Notes: generated by a model from the sequence alone, not told the origin. DNA of 64,000 nt from Candidatus Helarchaeota archaeon (GCA_019058315.1 JAHPZH010000001.1:32001-96000), one strand, 5' to 3'. Shown: positions 9,520 through 20,143, counted from the stretch's first letter. Numbers and translations: made by a program.

Positions 9520-9555
9520 GTCATTTCATAACACAAGTTTATTTATGAAATTCAT
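9520..9555 (-). promoter_or_regulatory. Putative eukaryote-type SECIS element overlapping the hdrA stop codon
   Basis: Minus-strand RNA AUGA-AUUUCAUAAAU-AAA-CUUGUG-UUAUGAAAU-GA-C: AUGA/GA core, perfect 9-bp stem (AUUUCAUAA/UUAUGAAAU), AAA 11 nt after AUGA; lies directly after a gene with two Cys-position TGAs. Confidence 0.75.
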
Positions 9556-11531
9556 TCTCTTTTTATTGAGATTTCTGTCTCTTCGGCGAAAAGATTGTCG
9601 ATATACGACTCAAATTGTGTATTTCCATATGCTTTAAGGGTCATAGCGTTATTCTTACATATAGCTGCACATGCTCCACAACCACGACAGAACATTTCAT
9701 TTACCTTTATTTTATTATTTTCCAATGATATTGCTTGGTAAGGACAAATAATCACGCATTGTCCACATCTGCTGCATATTTCATCATCTACTTTTGCGCG
9801 TATTAATTCCATTTCATAGACTCCTGTTGTCATCGGAATTGCAGCCGAAGCAGCAGCTCCTTTTCCTTGATTAACAGTTGCATCAACCGCTTTGGGACCT
9901 TGAGCAACACCTGCGACATAAATTCCGGGTATTTTAGTCCTTACTGGATCTAATCGTTGGTGAAATTCTTTTATAAATCCATCAGGGCTTTTTTCCAATC
10001 GTAATTGTTCTGCTATCTTCTCTGTGCCTTCAGAAGGTTCCATAGCAACTGAAAGAACTACCAATTCTGCTTCCAACTTTTTGATCTCTCCATTAAGAGT
10101 ATCTTCAACGCGTAAAATTACATTTTTTGTTTCCGGATCCTCCTTAACCTCTGCAATATTTCCACGGAGAAATTTAATCCCTAATTCTCGCATACGTTTG
10201 TAATATTCTTCGTATGCTTTTCCAGGTGTCCTAATATCCATGTAACAAATTGTAATATCCGTATCTGGGTTTTCATTTTTTAATAGACCAGCATTTTTAA
10301 TAGCTACAAGACAGCAAACTCCAGCACTGCAATATTCATTAGTTTCAACGCTTCTTGAACCAACACATTGTATCATGACTACTTTACTAGGGAATTTATC
10401 ATCAGAAATTCTCCTAAATTCACCAAAAGTAGGTCCATTTGGGCTTAAAAGACGTTCCAATTGCAACTGGGTTATAACATTTTCGTACTTACCAAAACCA
10501 AATGCACCTGCTGGATCAAAAGTTTTGAACCCACTTGCTACAATTATAGTTCCTACGTTAATTGTCAATTCTTCAGGTTGTTGATCGAAATCAATTGCTT
10601 CTTCCTCGCATTCCCGAACACATAATCGGCATTTAATACACTTATCTTCATCTATTGTGTATTTTAATGGGACAGCTTGCGGAAATAACGTGTATATAGC
10701 TCTTCTGGTGTTATACCCGAAATTAAATTCGTTAGGTACTTGAATCGGACATACTTCGTCACAGGCCCCACAACCTGTACATTTATCTTCATTCACAAAT
10801 CTCGGTTTTTTCAAGATTTTCACTTGAAAATTACCGATATATCCCTGTATTTCCTTTATTTCACTGTATGTAATTAATTCAATATTAGGGTGGCTACCAG
10901 TTTCAAGCATTAGCGGTCCAAGAATTCAGATACAACATTCGTCTGTGGGGAAAATTCGATCGAACATTGCAGTATGTCCACCAATCGTGGTAGATTTTTC
11001 CACTAAGTACACTTTAAATCCTTGATCTGCGAGACTTAGGGCGCTAGTCATCCCAGCAATACCACCGCCAACAACTAATACTTTAGGATCTATATCAACC
11101 CGTTTAATCGGAATCAATTCCAGGAGCGCAGCTTTATGAACTGCTGCTCTTAGCAAATCCTTTGCCATATTAGTCGCTATCTTTGGTTCATTACGATGAA
11201 CATATGAATCATGCTCTCGAATATTTACGAACTCAAGCATACTGGGGTCTAATCCGTTATCTTTTAGAACCCTTCGGAAAACTCTTTGGTGTGTCTGAGG
11301 AGTGCAAGCAGCAACTAATATACGATTCAACCCAAATTCCTTGATCTTTTCCGCAATTAAGGCAGCACCAGCTTCGGTACACATGGAAATATATTCCTCA
11401 GAAACTGATACTAATGGTAGTGATTTTGCGTATTTGACGACTTCTGGGACATTAATAATATCGGCAATATTTTTACCTCAGCGACAAACAAAAACTCCAA
11501 TGCGAATAGTATCTTCAGTCAACGCTCTCAT
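9552..11531 (-). CDS. hdrA: Heterodisulfide reductase subunit A, selenoprotein with two in-frame TGA (Sec) codons at 11478-11480 and 10926-10928
   Basis: One 660-codon frame from ATG 11531 (or TTG 11522): RIGVFVCR-TGA-GKNIA ... RIFPTDECCI-TGA-ILGPLM. Both TGAs align to Cys in the paralogue at 18173 (IGVYICECGINIA; FPTLDCSACILTPKM). Joins track ORFs 10926-11384 and 9552-10910. Confidence 0.9.
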
Positions 11532-11946
11532 CACCACCTCCATTATTTTTTTTAAGTGGATTTGGTCCTAATTTTTTAATATTTTCTGTAAATTCTTGAA
11601 CAGTATGTGAAAATTTAGATCCTTCACTTGCAGAAACCCATTCAAGTCGAAGTCGTTCTGCACCAAGACCTAGATTTTCAAGTACATTTTTTAAACTTGA
11701 CATACGCTTTTCAGCAGCTAGATTCCCAGAGATGTAATGACAATCGCCAGGATGACAGCCCCCAACTAATACTCCATCAACTCCATTTTCAAAAGCTTTC
11801 AAAATGAAGACTGGATCTACCCTACCAGAACACATAACTCGGATAACACGTATAGTAGGTGGGTACTGAAATCTGCTGACTCCAGCTAGGTCTGCCCCAG
11901 CATAGCTGCACCAATTACATAGGAATGCTAATATTTTTGGGAACAA
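11515..11946 (-). CDS. mvhD: MvhD/FlxD-type 2Fe-2S subunit
   Basis: FLCNWCSYAGADLAG, MCSGRVDP, GCHPGDCHY, WVSASEG. Confidence 0.93.
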   Translation of the reverse strand: MFPKILAFLCNWCSYAGADLAGVSRFQYPPTIRVIRVMCSGRVDPVFILKAFENGVDGVLVGGCHPGDCHYISGNLAAEKRMSSLKNVLENLGLGAERLRLEWVSASEGSKFSHTVQEFTENIKKLGPNPLKKNNGGGDESVD

Positions 11947-12143
11947 ATAAAGTGACCTCTAAAATAATATCGAAATGTTTATCATAAATTTTTGCTTAAT
12001 TGAAAAGATACTTTGATTAAAAATCCCATAAGAATTTAAAAATGATTTTACAAGTTCCAGAAAAAATTGGGTTCAAGTATATTTTATAACCATTATAAAA
12101 TAATTCTTGACATTAGTTCAAGATATTAAACAGCTAAATTTAA

Positions 12144-12974
12144 GTGAGCTTTTTGACAAAAAAAATTAAAATTATCTATCAAGAGGCTGATTGGAAAGAT
12201 GGATTTGATCCTGATAATATAAAATTCGATGATGAGACTGATGAAACCGCCACATATGAAATTATTAGGCAAAATCTAATATATGAAGATATTGAAGAAG
12301 AAATTCCTGCTAATGTTGATATTATAGACCTTCATCAGTTAGGAATTTCAAAAATTGATACTCACCAATTTGCCAAATTCCCCAAATTAAATGAAATTGT
12401 TCTTGGTTATAACCGTTTAGGGTTTCCAGACCCCTTTGATCTTTCAGGTCTCTCAAAATGTAAGAAATTAGAAGTACTTATCCTAGAGCGTAATTCACAT
12501 CGTTGGATTAACCTTACTCCTCTCGGATCTTGTCCTAAATTTAAAGGAATTACATTACGAGCAAATGTAATTGGGCAGATAGATTTATCACCCTTTAGCA
12601 AATGCCCAAAATTTGAAACACTTGAAATCCCTATGAATCGCCTAAAACATATTGATCTTAAACCTCTTGCGAAATGTCCTAAATTTAAATGGCTCGCCTT
12701 GGATTCCAACCAACTGCAGCATATTGATCTTTCACCACTAGCAAATTGCCCTAAACTGGAAGGTTTATATCTTCAGGACAATCAATTAAAAAATATTGAC
12801 CTTTCGCCTCTTACAAATTGCCATAATTTAAGTGATATCACTCTAAATAAAAACCAGTATGAGTTTATTGACCTAACGCCACTCGCTTCATGTCCAAACC
12901 TTGAACGTGTAGTTATTGATGATGTTAAACATAAGATTCCCAAAGGCGATAATAATTGGTTAAATGTGTATTGA
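12144..12974 (+). CDS. Leucine-rich repeat protein (Asgard-type 22-aa LRR)
   Basis: Repeats IDLSPLxxCPKLExLxLxxNQL. Confidence 0.9.
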   Translation: MSFLTKKIKIIYQEADWKDGFDPDNIKFDDETDETATYEIIRQNLIYEDIEEEIPANVDIIDLHQLGISKIDTHQFAKFPKLNEIVLGYNRLGFPDPFDLSGLSKCKKLEVLILERNSHRWINLTPLGSCPKFKGITLRANVIGQIDLSPFSKCPKFETLEIPMNRLKHIDLKPLAKCPKFKWLALDSNQLQHIDLSPLANCPKLEGLYLQDNQLKNIDLSPLTNCHNLSDITLNKNQYEFIDLTPLASCPNLERVVIDDVKHKIPKGDNNWLNVY

Positions 12975-13021
12975 TGATTTAATAATTTAAAAGGATTAAG
13001 TCTTCCCCAAACCAAAAAACC

Positions 13022-14164
13022 TCAAATAAGATAAGCACTTTTAGCTACAAACGTAGCAAAATCCTCGATTTGAATCTTAAATTCTTTTTCACTAGGTTCT
13101 TCTTTTAATTCATGTTTTAAGCAGTTAAAATGCATCTGACATTTTGGACAAGTTGTGACTAGAATTTCAGCACCCGTATTTTCAGCTTCGGTTAATCGTA
13201 AATTTCTTAAAGTTTTTGTTTCAATATTGCAATTAATCCATGAATTAACACCACAACATTGGGCATCTTCACGAGAATTTTCCATTTCGATTAATTCTAC
13301 TCCAGGAATTGCTTGAAGAACTTTGCGAGGGGCATCATAAATTCCTAAATGTCTCCCATATCGACAAGGATCGTGATAAGTAATTTTTCTTGGATATTCA
13401 TAAGGAAATTCTAGTTCATTATTCTCAATTTTCTTAAGCAAAAATTCCGCTAATGAAGTAATTTCAAAGTCAAATTTCCTTATGAATCTAGGATAATCAA
13501 TTTTAAAGGTTTTATACCCTTCTGCACAATTAAATATAACTAATTTAGCACCTGACTTTTCGATAGCATTAATATTATATTCTCCTAATTTTCTAAAGGT
13601 CTCTATATCTCCAATCCATAAACTATCATGCCCACAACATTTCTCATCATCTAAGATAGCGGGAATTACTCCCAATTTATTTAAAATCTTGATTGTGCTA
13701 AATGTATTTTTTGAATAATCAACTCCTACCTCAACCATATGTTGTTCGTTATTATAAAATGGAACACAACCCATAAAATATAAAATATCACCAGTTTTAG
13801 AAACTTTTACACCTTTTGGAATAGAACTGATTCGATTAGGTGTTAGTTTTTCGTTTGCCATTATTCTATTTATCAATGAAAAGTAGCCATAATGAGCTTG
13901 TTCAGCTGCCATAGTCCCTTCTTTAAATGATTTTATTCTTTGATTTAAAACAAAATCGGAAAATTTTATGCCCATCGGACATCTAGAGGAACAAAGGTCG
14001 CATGTCAAACATTTCCAGATTTTTTTATTCGCTTTTCCATCAAGTATAAAGTCTTGTGCAATAATCCTTGGTGAAAAATCACTAACTTTTCTTAATGGAC
14101 AAGATCCAGTACATTTTCCGCACTGATAACATGTTCGGATAACTTTCTGGTTTGTAACTGTCAA
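13022..14164 (-). CDS. HdrD/GlpC-like (Fe-S)-binding protein with CCG domains
   Basis: N-terminal CYQCGKCTGSCP and CLTCDLCSSRCP; YFMGC, EKCCG, ITYHDPC, QCCG, TTCPKC. Confidence 0.9.
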   Translation of the reverse strand: MTVTNQKVIRTCYQCGKCTGSCPLRKVSDFSPRIIAQDFILDGKANKKIWKCLTCDLCSSRCPMGIKFSDFVLNQRIKSFKEGTMAAEQAHYGYFSLINRIMANEKLTPNRISSIPKGVKVSKTGDILYFMGCVPFYNNEQHMVEVGVDYSKNTFSTIKILNKLGVIPAILDDEKCCGHDSLWIGDIETFRKLGEYNINAIEKSGAKLVIFNCAEGYKTFKIDYPRFIRKFDFEITSLAEFLLKKIENNELEFPYEYPRKITYHDPCRYGRHLGIYDAPRKVLQAIPGVELIEMENSREDAQCCGVNSWINCNIETKTLRNLRLTEAENTGAEILVTTCPKCQMHFNCLKHELKEEPSEKEFKIQIEDFATFVAKSAYLI

Positions 14165-14563
14165 AATTTATACTCCATAGCTTACCTAATAACATTTTAG
14201 AATATATATTTAAAAAATTTATTAATTAAATAATTTTCCATCCACATTTTCTCGTATTTTCTGGTAATAATAAGATTTATAATCAAAATCATAAATTTAA
14301 ATTTCTTTAACTATCAACCTTTATTATATTTATGTAAAATTATTTCCTACGGAATTCTAATTATTTTATTATATATTTTTTTTTAAATCAAAGACAATTC
14401 AAGAAATCTGGGTATAATAATCATTGAATTATAGTTAAAATTTAGATTAAAGAGAAGTTGTAGGGATTTCCGTAGTTTTTTTCTTCTCAATCACAATCTG
14501 TGTATTTGATAAAACTGAACATTTATTAATTCACAAATCTATCTAATAATACCAAAAAAAAAG

Positions 14564-16300
14564 ATGGGATATATTTTGGAAAAAAAAATTAAAGTAATAA
14601 TCCTAATTGCTATAATTGCTGGGACTGGCGTATTTATTGGTGTGACTGTTGGAATTATGGCTCAACAAGGAGCAATGGATCAAATATTGTTATTACTAGG
14701 TATAACATTACCAAAAAAAACTACATATATTGCACCGACATCGAACCACCCGGAAGACGTTGCAACAGATCTTGGTGGAACAGAAACTATTAATTGGACG
14801 TTATATGATGATGTTGGTCCTGGACAATATAGAGTCTGGGTTAACGATACAAACGACAATTATTACCTCAGGGTAAACTGGACTCCTTGGATTAATGATA
14901 CCAATTTAGCAATATCAATAAATCGTACTTATATGAATGTTGGAATTGTATTTAATTATACTATCGAATTTTATGACAATAATAGTCGTTTTGGTACCCC
15001 TGATACTGTAATGGTAACCCAAAAAATGTGGACGTGGGTGTCGGGAAATAACACAATTAATGAGCAAGGGACTTATGGCACGCAGGGTGTGCCCGCTGCG
15101 GAAAATGTCCCTGGAGCAAGGTATATGAGCGTCTCTTGGAGGGATTCCGATGACAATCTCTGGCTCTTCGGGGGATATGGACGTGATAGTGCAGGTAGCG
15201 AGGGCAGACTTAATGACTTGTGGATGTACAACACGACGAGTGGATGGTGGATGTGGGTATCAGGAAATAACACAATAAATCAAGCAGGGACCTACGGTAC
15301 CCAGGGCGTGCCCGCTCTAGGGAATTTTCCAGGAGCAAGGCAAGAATGCTTCTCTTGGACGGACTCAAATGACAATCTCTGGCTATTCGGAGGATGGACA
15401 CCCATTGGATGGGGTTGGCTTAATGAATTATGGATGTATAACATGACGAGTGGATGGTGGACGTGGGTGTCAGGAAATAACACAATAAATCAGAATGGGA
15501 CCTATGGCACGAAGAGCGTGCCCGCTGCGGGAAATATCCCTGGATCAAGAGATGGAGGCGTCTCCTGGAGGGACTCGAATGATAATCTCTGGCTCTTCGG
15601 GGGATTTGCATTTGATAGTGTAGGTGATCAAGGTAGGGTTAATGACTTGTGGATGTTCAATATAACGAGCGGATGGTGGACTTGGGTGTGGGGAAGTAAT
15701 ATAATAAATCAGGGGGGTATCTACGGCTCGCAGGGTGTCCCCGCTGCGTCAAATGAACCCGGAGCAAGGTTTGATTGCATCTCTTGGACGGACTCAAATG
15801 ACAATCTCTGGCTCTTCGGGGGATTTGGACGTGACAGTACAGGTTTCTATTGGAGACTTAATGACTTGTGGATGTACAACATTACGAGTGGATGGTGGAC
15901 TTGGGTGTCGGGAAGTAATATAGGACAGCAATGGGGGAACTATGGTTCAAGGGGCATGCCCGCTTCGACAAATGTCCCCGGAGCAAGGGATTATAGCGTC
16001 ACTTGGAAGGATACGGATGACAATCTCTGGCTCTTCGGGGGATGGGGACATGATAGTGGAGGCTTATTAAACAAGCTTAATGACTTGTGGATGTTCAACA
16101 TGACGAGTGGATATTGGACCTGGATATCGGGAAGTAATAGAATAAATCAGGCAGGAACCTACGGCACGAAGGGTGTGCCTGCTGCAACAAATGTTCCTGA
16201 AGCAAGGAGAATTCTCGTCTCCTGGACGGACTCCGATGACAATCTATGGCTCTTCGGGGGAGGTGGACTGCTTAATGACCTGTGGAAATATGGAAAGTAA
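14564..16300 (+). CDS. Membrane-anchored Kelch-repeat (6-blade beta-propeller) surface protein
   Basis: N-terminal TM helix, Ig-like segment, then six ~72-aa repeats WxWVSG...PGAR...DNLWLFGG...LNDLW. Confidence 0.88.
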   Translation: MGYILEKKIKVIILIAIIAGTGVFIGVTVGIMAQQGAMDQILLLLGITLPKKTTYIAPTSNHPEDVATDLGGTETINWTLYDDVGPGQYRVWVNDTNDNYYLRVNWTPWINDTNLAISINRTYMNVGIVFNYTIEFYDNNSRFGTPDTVMVTQKMWTWVSGNNTINEQGTYGTQGVPAAENVPGARYMSVSWRDSDDNLWLFGGYGRDSAGSEGRLNDLWMYNTTSGWWMWVSGNNTINQAGTYGTQGVPALGNFPGARQECFSWTDSNDNLWLFGGWTPIGWGWLNELWMYNMTSGWWTWVSGNNTINQNGTYGTKSVPAAGNIPGSRDGGVSWRDSNDNLWLFGGFAFDSVGDQGRVNDLWMFNITSGWWTWVWGSNIINQGGIYGSQGVPAASNEPGARFDCISWTDSNDNLWLFGGFGRDSTGFYWRLNDLWMYNITSGWWTWVSGSNIGQQWGNYGSRGMPASTNVPGARDYSVTWKDTDDNLWLFGGWGHDSGGLLNKLNDLWMFNMTSGYWTWISGSNRINQAGTYGTKGVPAATNVPEARRILVSWTDSDDNLWLFGGGGLLNDLWKYGK

Positions 16301-16700
16301 AAGAGAACTGAAGAATCTTAAAATCATTACTTACTATTTTTTTTTACTCTAAATCTTAAATTTCATAAAGTCATATGATGAAAAAAGCTATGAAAAATTT
16401 GAAAATTAGATCTATTTAAAATTATTTCTTATAGAGATTTAATGATTCAATAAGAAGAAGATTAGATAAAAAAGGTAAAATCGGAATGAAAATAACATAA
16501 TCAATAACTTAAATAGACCTTTGTGCTTTACTGGGTTTTTCAGATAAGGAAATAATATTTTTTTCTAAATTTTGTTTTTCTTATCTATTCTTATTTCTAG
16601 GAATAGTAGTTATAAAAAAAGTTTTAAATAATTTTTAGTATGTGGTTATGGATTAAAAATATTGAATTATAACATTTTTTCAACCGAATATGGTGTTTAT

Positions 16701-17264
16701 TTGATTGATGTTAAGCTTATTAAAAAATCTGATTCAAAATTCATTAAGGAAATAATTGAATACGGCAAAAAATTCTTTGGTGATGACGTAGAGAAGATAA
16801 AGGCTTGTATCCAGTGCGGAACTTGCACTGGAGGTTGCCCATCTGCCCGTCGGACCGCTTGGAGAACCAGGATGCTATTTAGAAAGTGTCAAATGGGGAT
16901 GAAAGATGAGGCACTTTCTGGAGAAGAGTTATGGGACTGTACAACATGCTATACTTGTCAAGAACGCTGTGTTCGTGGCATTCCAACAACGGATTTAGTT
17001 AGAATAATAAGAAACCTAGCTTTTGCTGAGGGCAAAGGAATTCAAAAGGCACACATTTTCGTAGCAACTTTATTACCAAGATTTGGTCATGCAGTCCCCA
17101 TAAATGATGAAACGAAAGAGGTACGAAAGGAAGTTGGATTAGGTGAATTACCTCCCACAGTTCACAGCTACCCCGAAGGTTTAAAGGAAATTAACAAAAT
17201 AATGGAAGAAACAGGTTTTGATAAAAAAGTAAAAAAGCTGCAAGAGGAAGGTGAGAATAAATAA
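16701..17264 (+). CDS. hdrC: Heterodisulfide reductase subunit C
   Basis: CIQCGTCTGGCPS, LWDCTTCYTCQERC, GHAVPIN, PPTVH. Likely TTG start at 16701 (track start 16662). Confidence 0.92.
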   Translation: MIDVKLIKKSDSKFIKEIIEYGKKFFGDDVEKIKACIQCGTCTGGCPSARRTAWRTRMLFRKCQMGMKDEALSGEELWDCTTCYTCQERCVRGIPTTDLVRIIRNLAFAEGKGIQKAHIFVATLLPRFGHAVPINDETKEVRKEVGLGELPPTVHSYPEGLKEINKIMEETGFDKKVKKLQEEGENK

Positions 17265-18151
17265 TGCAAAAATATTCTTATTTTCTGGGTTGTTTAACAC
17301 CGAACCGATATCCTGGTGTAGAAGCTGCGACAATTAAAGTCATGAAGATGTTTGATATTGATCTTATAGAAATGAAAGGGGCATCTTGTTGTCCTGCTCC
17401 AGGAGTATTTGGGTCTTTTGATCTAGATACATGGATGTCTATAGCTGCAAGAAATATATCAATAGCTGAGGAAAGTGGAACTGACATTACAATGACATGT
17501 AATGGGTGTTATGGATCTTTGCAAGAAACTCATCATTTATTAGAAGATCCAATAAAGAAAGAAAAAGTAAATAAAATCCTTGGGAAAATCGGACGCGAAT
17601 ATAAGGGAACATCCAAAGTTCGTCATGTTATTGAACTTTTAGTTGAAGATGTCGGTTTAGATAGAATCCGAGAAGCTGTGGTGCAACCATTAACTGGAAT
17701 AAGAGTAGCAATACATTATGGCTGTCATTTCTTGAAACCCTCTAAAGTGCGTCATCAAGGAAGTGCCGAAACACCACATGTTCTTGATGATATAATGGAA
17801 GCTATAGGTGCAGAATCTATAGATTATAAAGATAGAAATATGTGTTGCGGCGCTGGTGGAGGAGTAAGAGCTGCTTTTAAAGATGTGGCTCTGAGTTTCA
17901 CTAAAGAAAAAATTGATAATATTTTAGAAGCAAAAGGAGACTGTATAACGACCCCCTGTGCTTTCTGTCTATTTCAATTTGATGTGGGACAGAATGAAAT
18001 TAACGAACAATTGAAAACCACATATCAAGTTCCTGTTTTATATTTTACACAATTAATGGGGTTAGCATTTGGATTATCACCAGAAGAATTAGGAATTTTA
18101 CATCATAAAACCCCAGTTCAACCTTTATTAGATAAATTATTAACAATGTGA
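17264..18151 (+). CDS. hdrB: Heterodisulfide reductase subunit B
   Basis: YFLGC..PNRYPG, SCCPAPG, CNGC, HYGCH, MCCGAGGG, CAFC. Confidence 0.95.
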   Translation: MQKYSYFLGCLTPNRYPGVEAATIKVMKMFDIDLIEMKGASCCPAPGVFGSFDLDTWMSIAARNISIAEESGTDITMTCNGCYGSLQETHHLLEDPIKKEKVNKILGKIGREYKGTSKVRHVIELLVEDVGLDRIREAVVQPLTGIRVAIHYGCHFLKPSKVRHQGSAETPHVLDDIMEAIGAESIDYKDRNMCCGAGGGVRAAFKDVALSFTKEKIDNILEAKGDCITTPCAFCLFQFDVGQNEINEQLKTTYQVPVLYFTQLMGLAFGLSPEELGILHHKTPVQPLLDKLLTM

Positions 18152-18172
18152 TCAAAAAAGGAGAAAGATTTA

Positions 18173-20143
18173 ATGAAAATTGGCGTATATATTTGCGAAT
18201 GTGGAATAAATATTGCTTCTATGGTTGATGTAGAAAAGGTTATGGAATTTGCAAAAGAACTCCCAAATGTTGTGGTATCACGTTGGTATAAATTTATGTG
18301 TAGTGATCCAGGTCAGGACTTAATTCGACAAGATATTGACGAATTAGGATTAGATAGAGTTATTGTTGCTGCTTGTTCACCTAGGATGCATGAACCAACA
18401 TTTCGAGAATTAGTAGAAAAATGTGGTGTGAATCCTTATTGTTTTGAGATGGTAAATATTCGAGAACAAAATTCTTGGGTTCACACAGATAAGGTACAGG
18501 CAACAAAAAAAGCTATGACATTGATAGCAGGCTCTGTAAGTCGTGCAGCATTATTAGAACCGCTTGTTAGAAGTAGAGTGGGAGTTACTCATGAAGCTAT
18601 GGTGATTGGTGGCGGTGTAGCTGGAATTCAAGCTGCATTGGATATTGCTAATAATGGTTATAAAGTTTATTTAGTTGAAAAATCTCCCACTATCGGAGGA
18701 AGAATGGCTCAACTTGATAAGACTTTTCCAACATTAGATTGTTCTGCTTGTATTCTAACTCCAAAAATGTCTAATGTGGGTAGAAATCCGAATATAGAAT
18801 TGCTTACCAATACCGAAGTTGTAAAAGTAGACGGATATGTTGGTAATTTCAAGATTACTATTCGTAAGAATGCTACTTGTGTCATTCCTGATAAATGCAA
18901 TGCCTGTGGTGATTGTGCTGACATTTGTCCTGTAATTGTACCCAATGAATTTGACGTTGGTTTGAGTCCAAGAAAAGCTATATATATTGCTTTTCCTCAA
19001 GCAGTTCCAAATAAATATTTAATTGACCAAAATGCCTGTATTAAATGTGGACTATGTGTCAAATCATGTGAAGCAGAAGCGATCGACCTCAATTTAGAAA
19101 CTGTTGAAGAAACTCTTGAAGTTGGTACAATCGTAATGGCATCTGGTTATGATGTGTTCCAAGCAGAAATAATTGAACCTTATGGATTTGGAAAATATGA
19201 TAATGTTATTAATGGACTTCAAATGGAACGTCTTTTCAGTTCATTTGGACCCACCTTAGGAAAAGTTGTCAAGATATCAAATCCTCATGAGGCACCAGAA
19301 AAAGTTGCATTTATTCATTGTGTTGGGAGTAGAAATTTACAAGAAGGGGCTAAAGAATACTGTTCAAGAGTATGTTGTATGTATTTAATCAAACAAGCAT
19401 TACTGTATAAGGAAAAACACCCAGAAGCAGAAGTCTATCTTTTCTATATGGACATTAGAGCATTTGGAAAGGGATTTGAAGAATTCTATAATAGAGTTCA
19501 ATTACATTCTGGAGTAACATTTGTGAGGGGTCGAGTTGCAGAAATTTATGAAAAAGAAGATAAAACATTAACTATTCGAGCAGAAGATACATTTCTAAGA
19601 CGCCCCGTTGAATTAGACTTTGATATGGTAGTTCTAGGTGTAGGACTAGTTGCCAAGGAAGATTTAACCGAATTAGCAAGATTATTCAACTTATCGCGCA
19701 GTCCTGACGGATTCTTACTGGAAGCACATCCAAAATTACGTCCTAACGACACTTTTACAGATGGGGTCTTTTTGGCAGGTTGTGTTCAAGGTCCAAAAGA
19801 CATTCCTGACACTGTTGCACAAGCTTCTGGTTCCGCAGCAAAGGCATGTGAAATCTTATCAAAAGATGAACTACTCATTGAACCAATCACTTCAATAGTT
19901 AATGAAGATAAATGCCGAGGCTGTGGAATGTGTGTAGAAGTATGTCCTTATACTGCCATTGAGTTAAAAGTTGTAAATAAATTTGGACATCTAGTAACTG
20001 TAGCTTCTGTTAACGAAGCATTGTGTAAAGGTTGTGGATCTTGTAATGCTGCTTGTTTGTCAGGTGCTATTGAACAAAGACATTTTAAAGATAATCAAAT
20101 TCTAGCAATCATTGAAACATTTACTAAGGGTGTTGTAAAATGA
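18173..20143 (+). CDS. hdrA: Heterodisulfide reductase subunit A (Cys-containing)
   Basis: KIGVYICECG, AACSPRMHE, GGGVAG, DKTFPTLDCSACIL, YCSRVCCM, EAHPKLRP. Confidence 0.96.
   Translation: MKIGVYICECGINIASMVDVEKVMEFAKELPNVVVSRWYKFMCSDPGQDLIRQDIDELGLDRVIVAACSPRMHEPTFRELVEKCGVNPYCFEMVNIREQNSWVHTDKVQATKKAMTLIAGSVSRAALLEPLVRSRVGVTHEAMVIGGGVAGIQAALDIANNGYKVYLVEKSPTIGGRMAQLDKTFPTLDCSACILTPKMSNVGRNPNIELLTNTEVVKVDGYVGNFKITIRKNATCVIPDKCNACGDCADICPVIVPNEFDVGLSPRKAIYIAFPQAVPNKYLIDQNACIKCGLCVKSCEAEAIDLNLETVEETLEVGTIVMASGYDVFQAEIIEPYGFGKYDNVINGLQMERLFSSFGPTLGKVVKISNPHEAPEKVAFIHCVGSRNLQEGAKEYCSRVCCMYLIKQALLYKEKHPEAEVYLFYMDIRAFGKGFEEFYNRVQLHSGVTFVRGRVAEIYEKEDKTLTIRAEDTFLRRPVELDFDMVVLGVGLVAKEDLTELARLFNLSRSPDGFLLEAHPKLRPNDTFTDGVFLAGCVQGPKDIPDTVAQASGSAAKACEILSKDELLIEPITSIVNEDKCRGCGMCVEVCPYTAIELKVVNKFGHLVTVASVNEALCKGCGSCNAACLSGAIEQRHFKDNQILAIIETFTKGVVK

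Noticed and set aside
9552-11531. hdrA as a pseudogene or two separate genes
   Set aside because: Both interruptions are in-frame TGA at conserved Cys positions, and a SECIS-like element follows.
14347-14475. 11-bp imperfect inverted repeat (CTACGGAATTC / GATTTCCGTAG) as MITE ends
   Set aside because: Too short, no target-site duplication and no second copy in the window.
15027-16300. Kelch repeats as a diversity-generating retroelement TR/VR pair
   Set aside because: All repeats are in-frame coding blades, differences are not adenine-specific, and there is no reverse transcriptase in the window.
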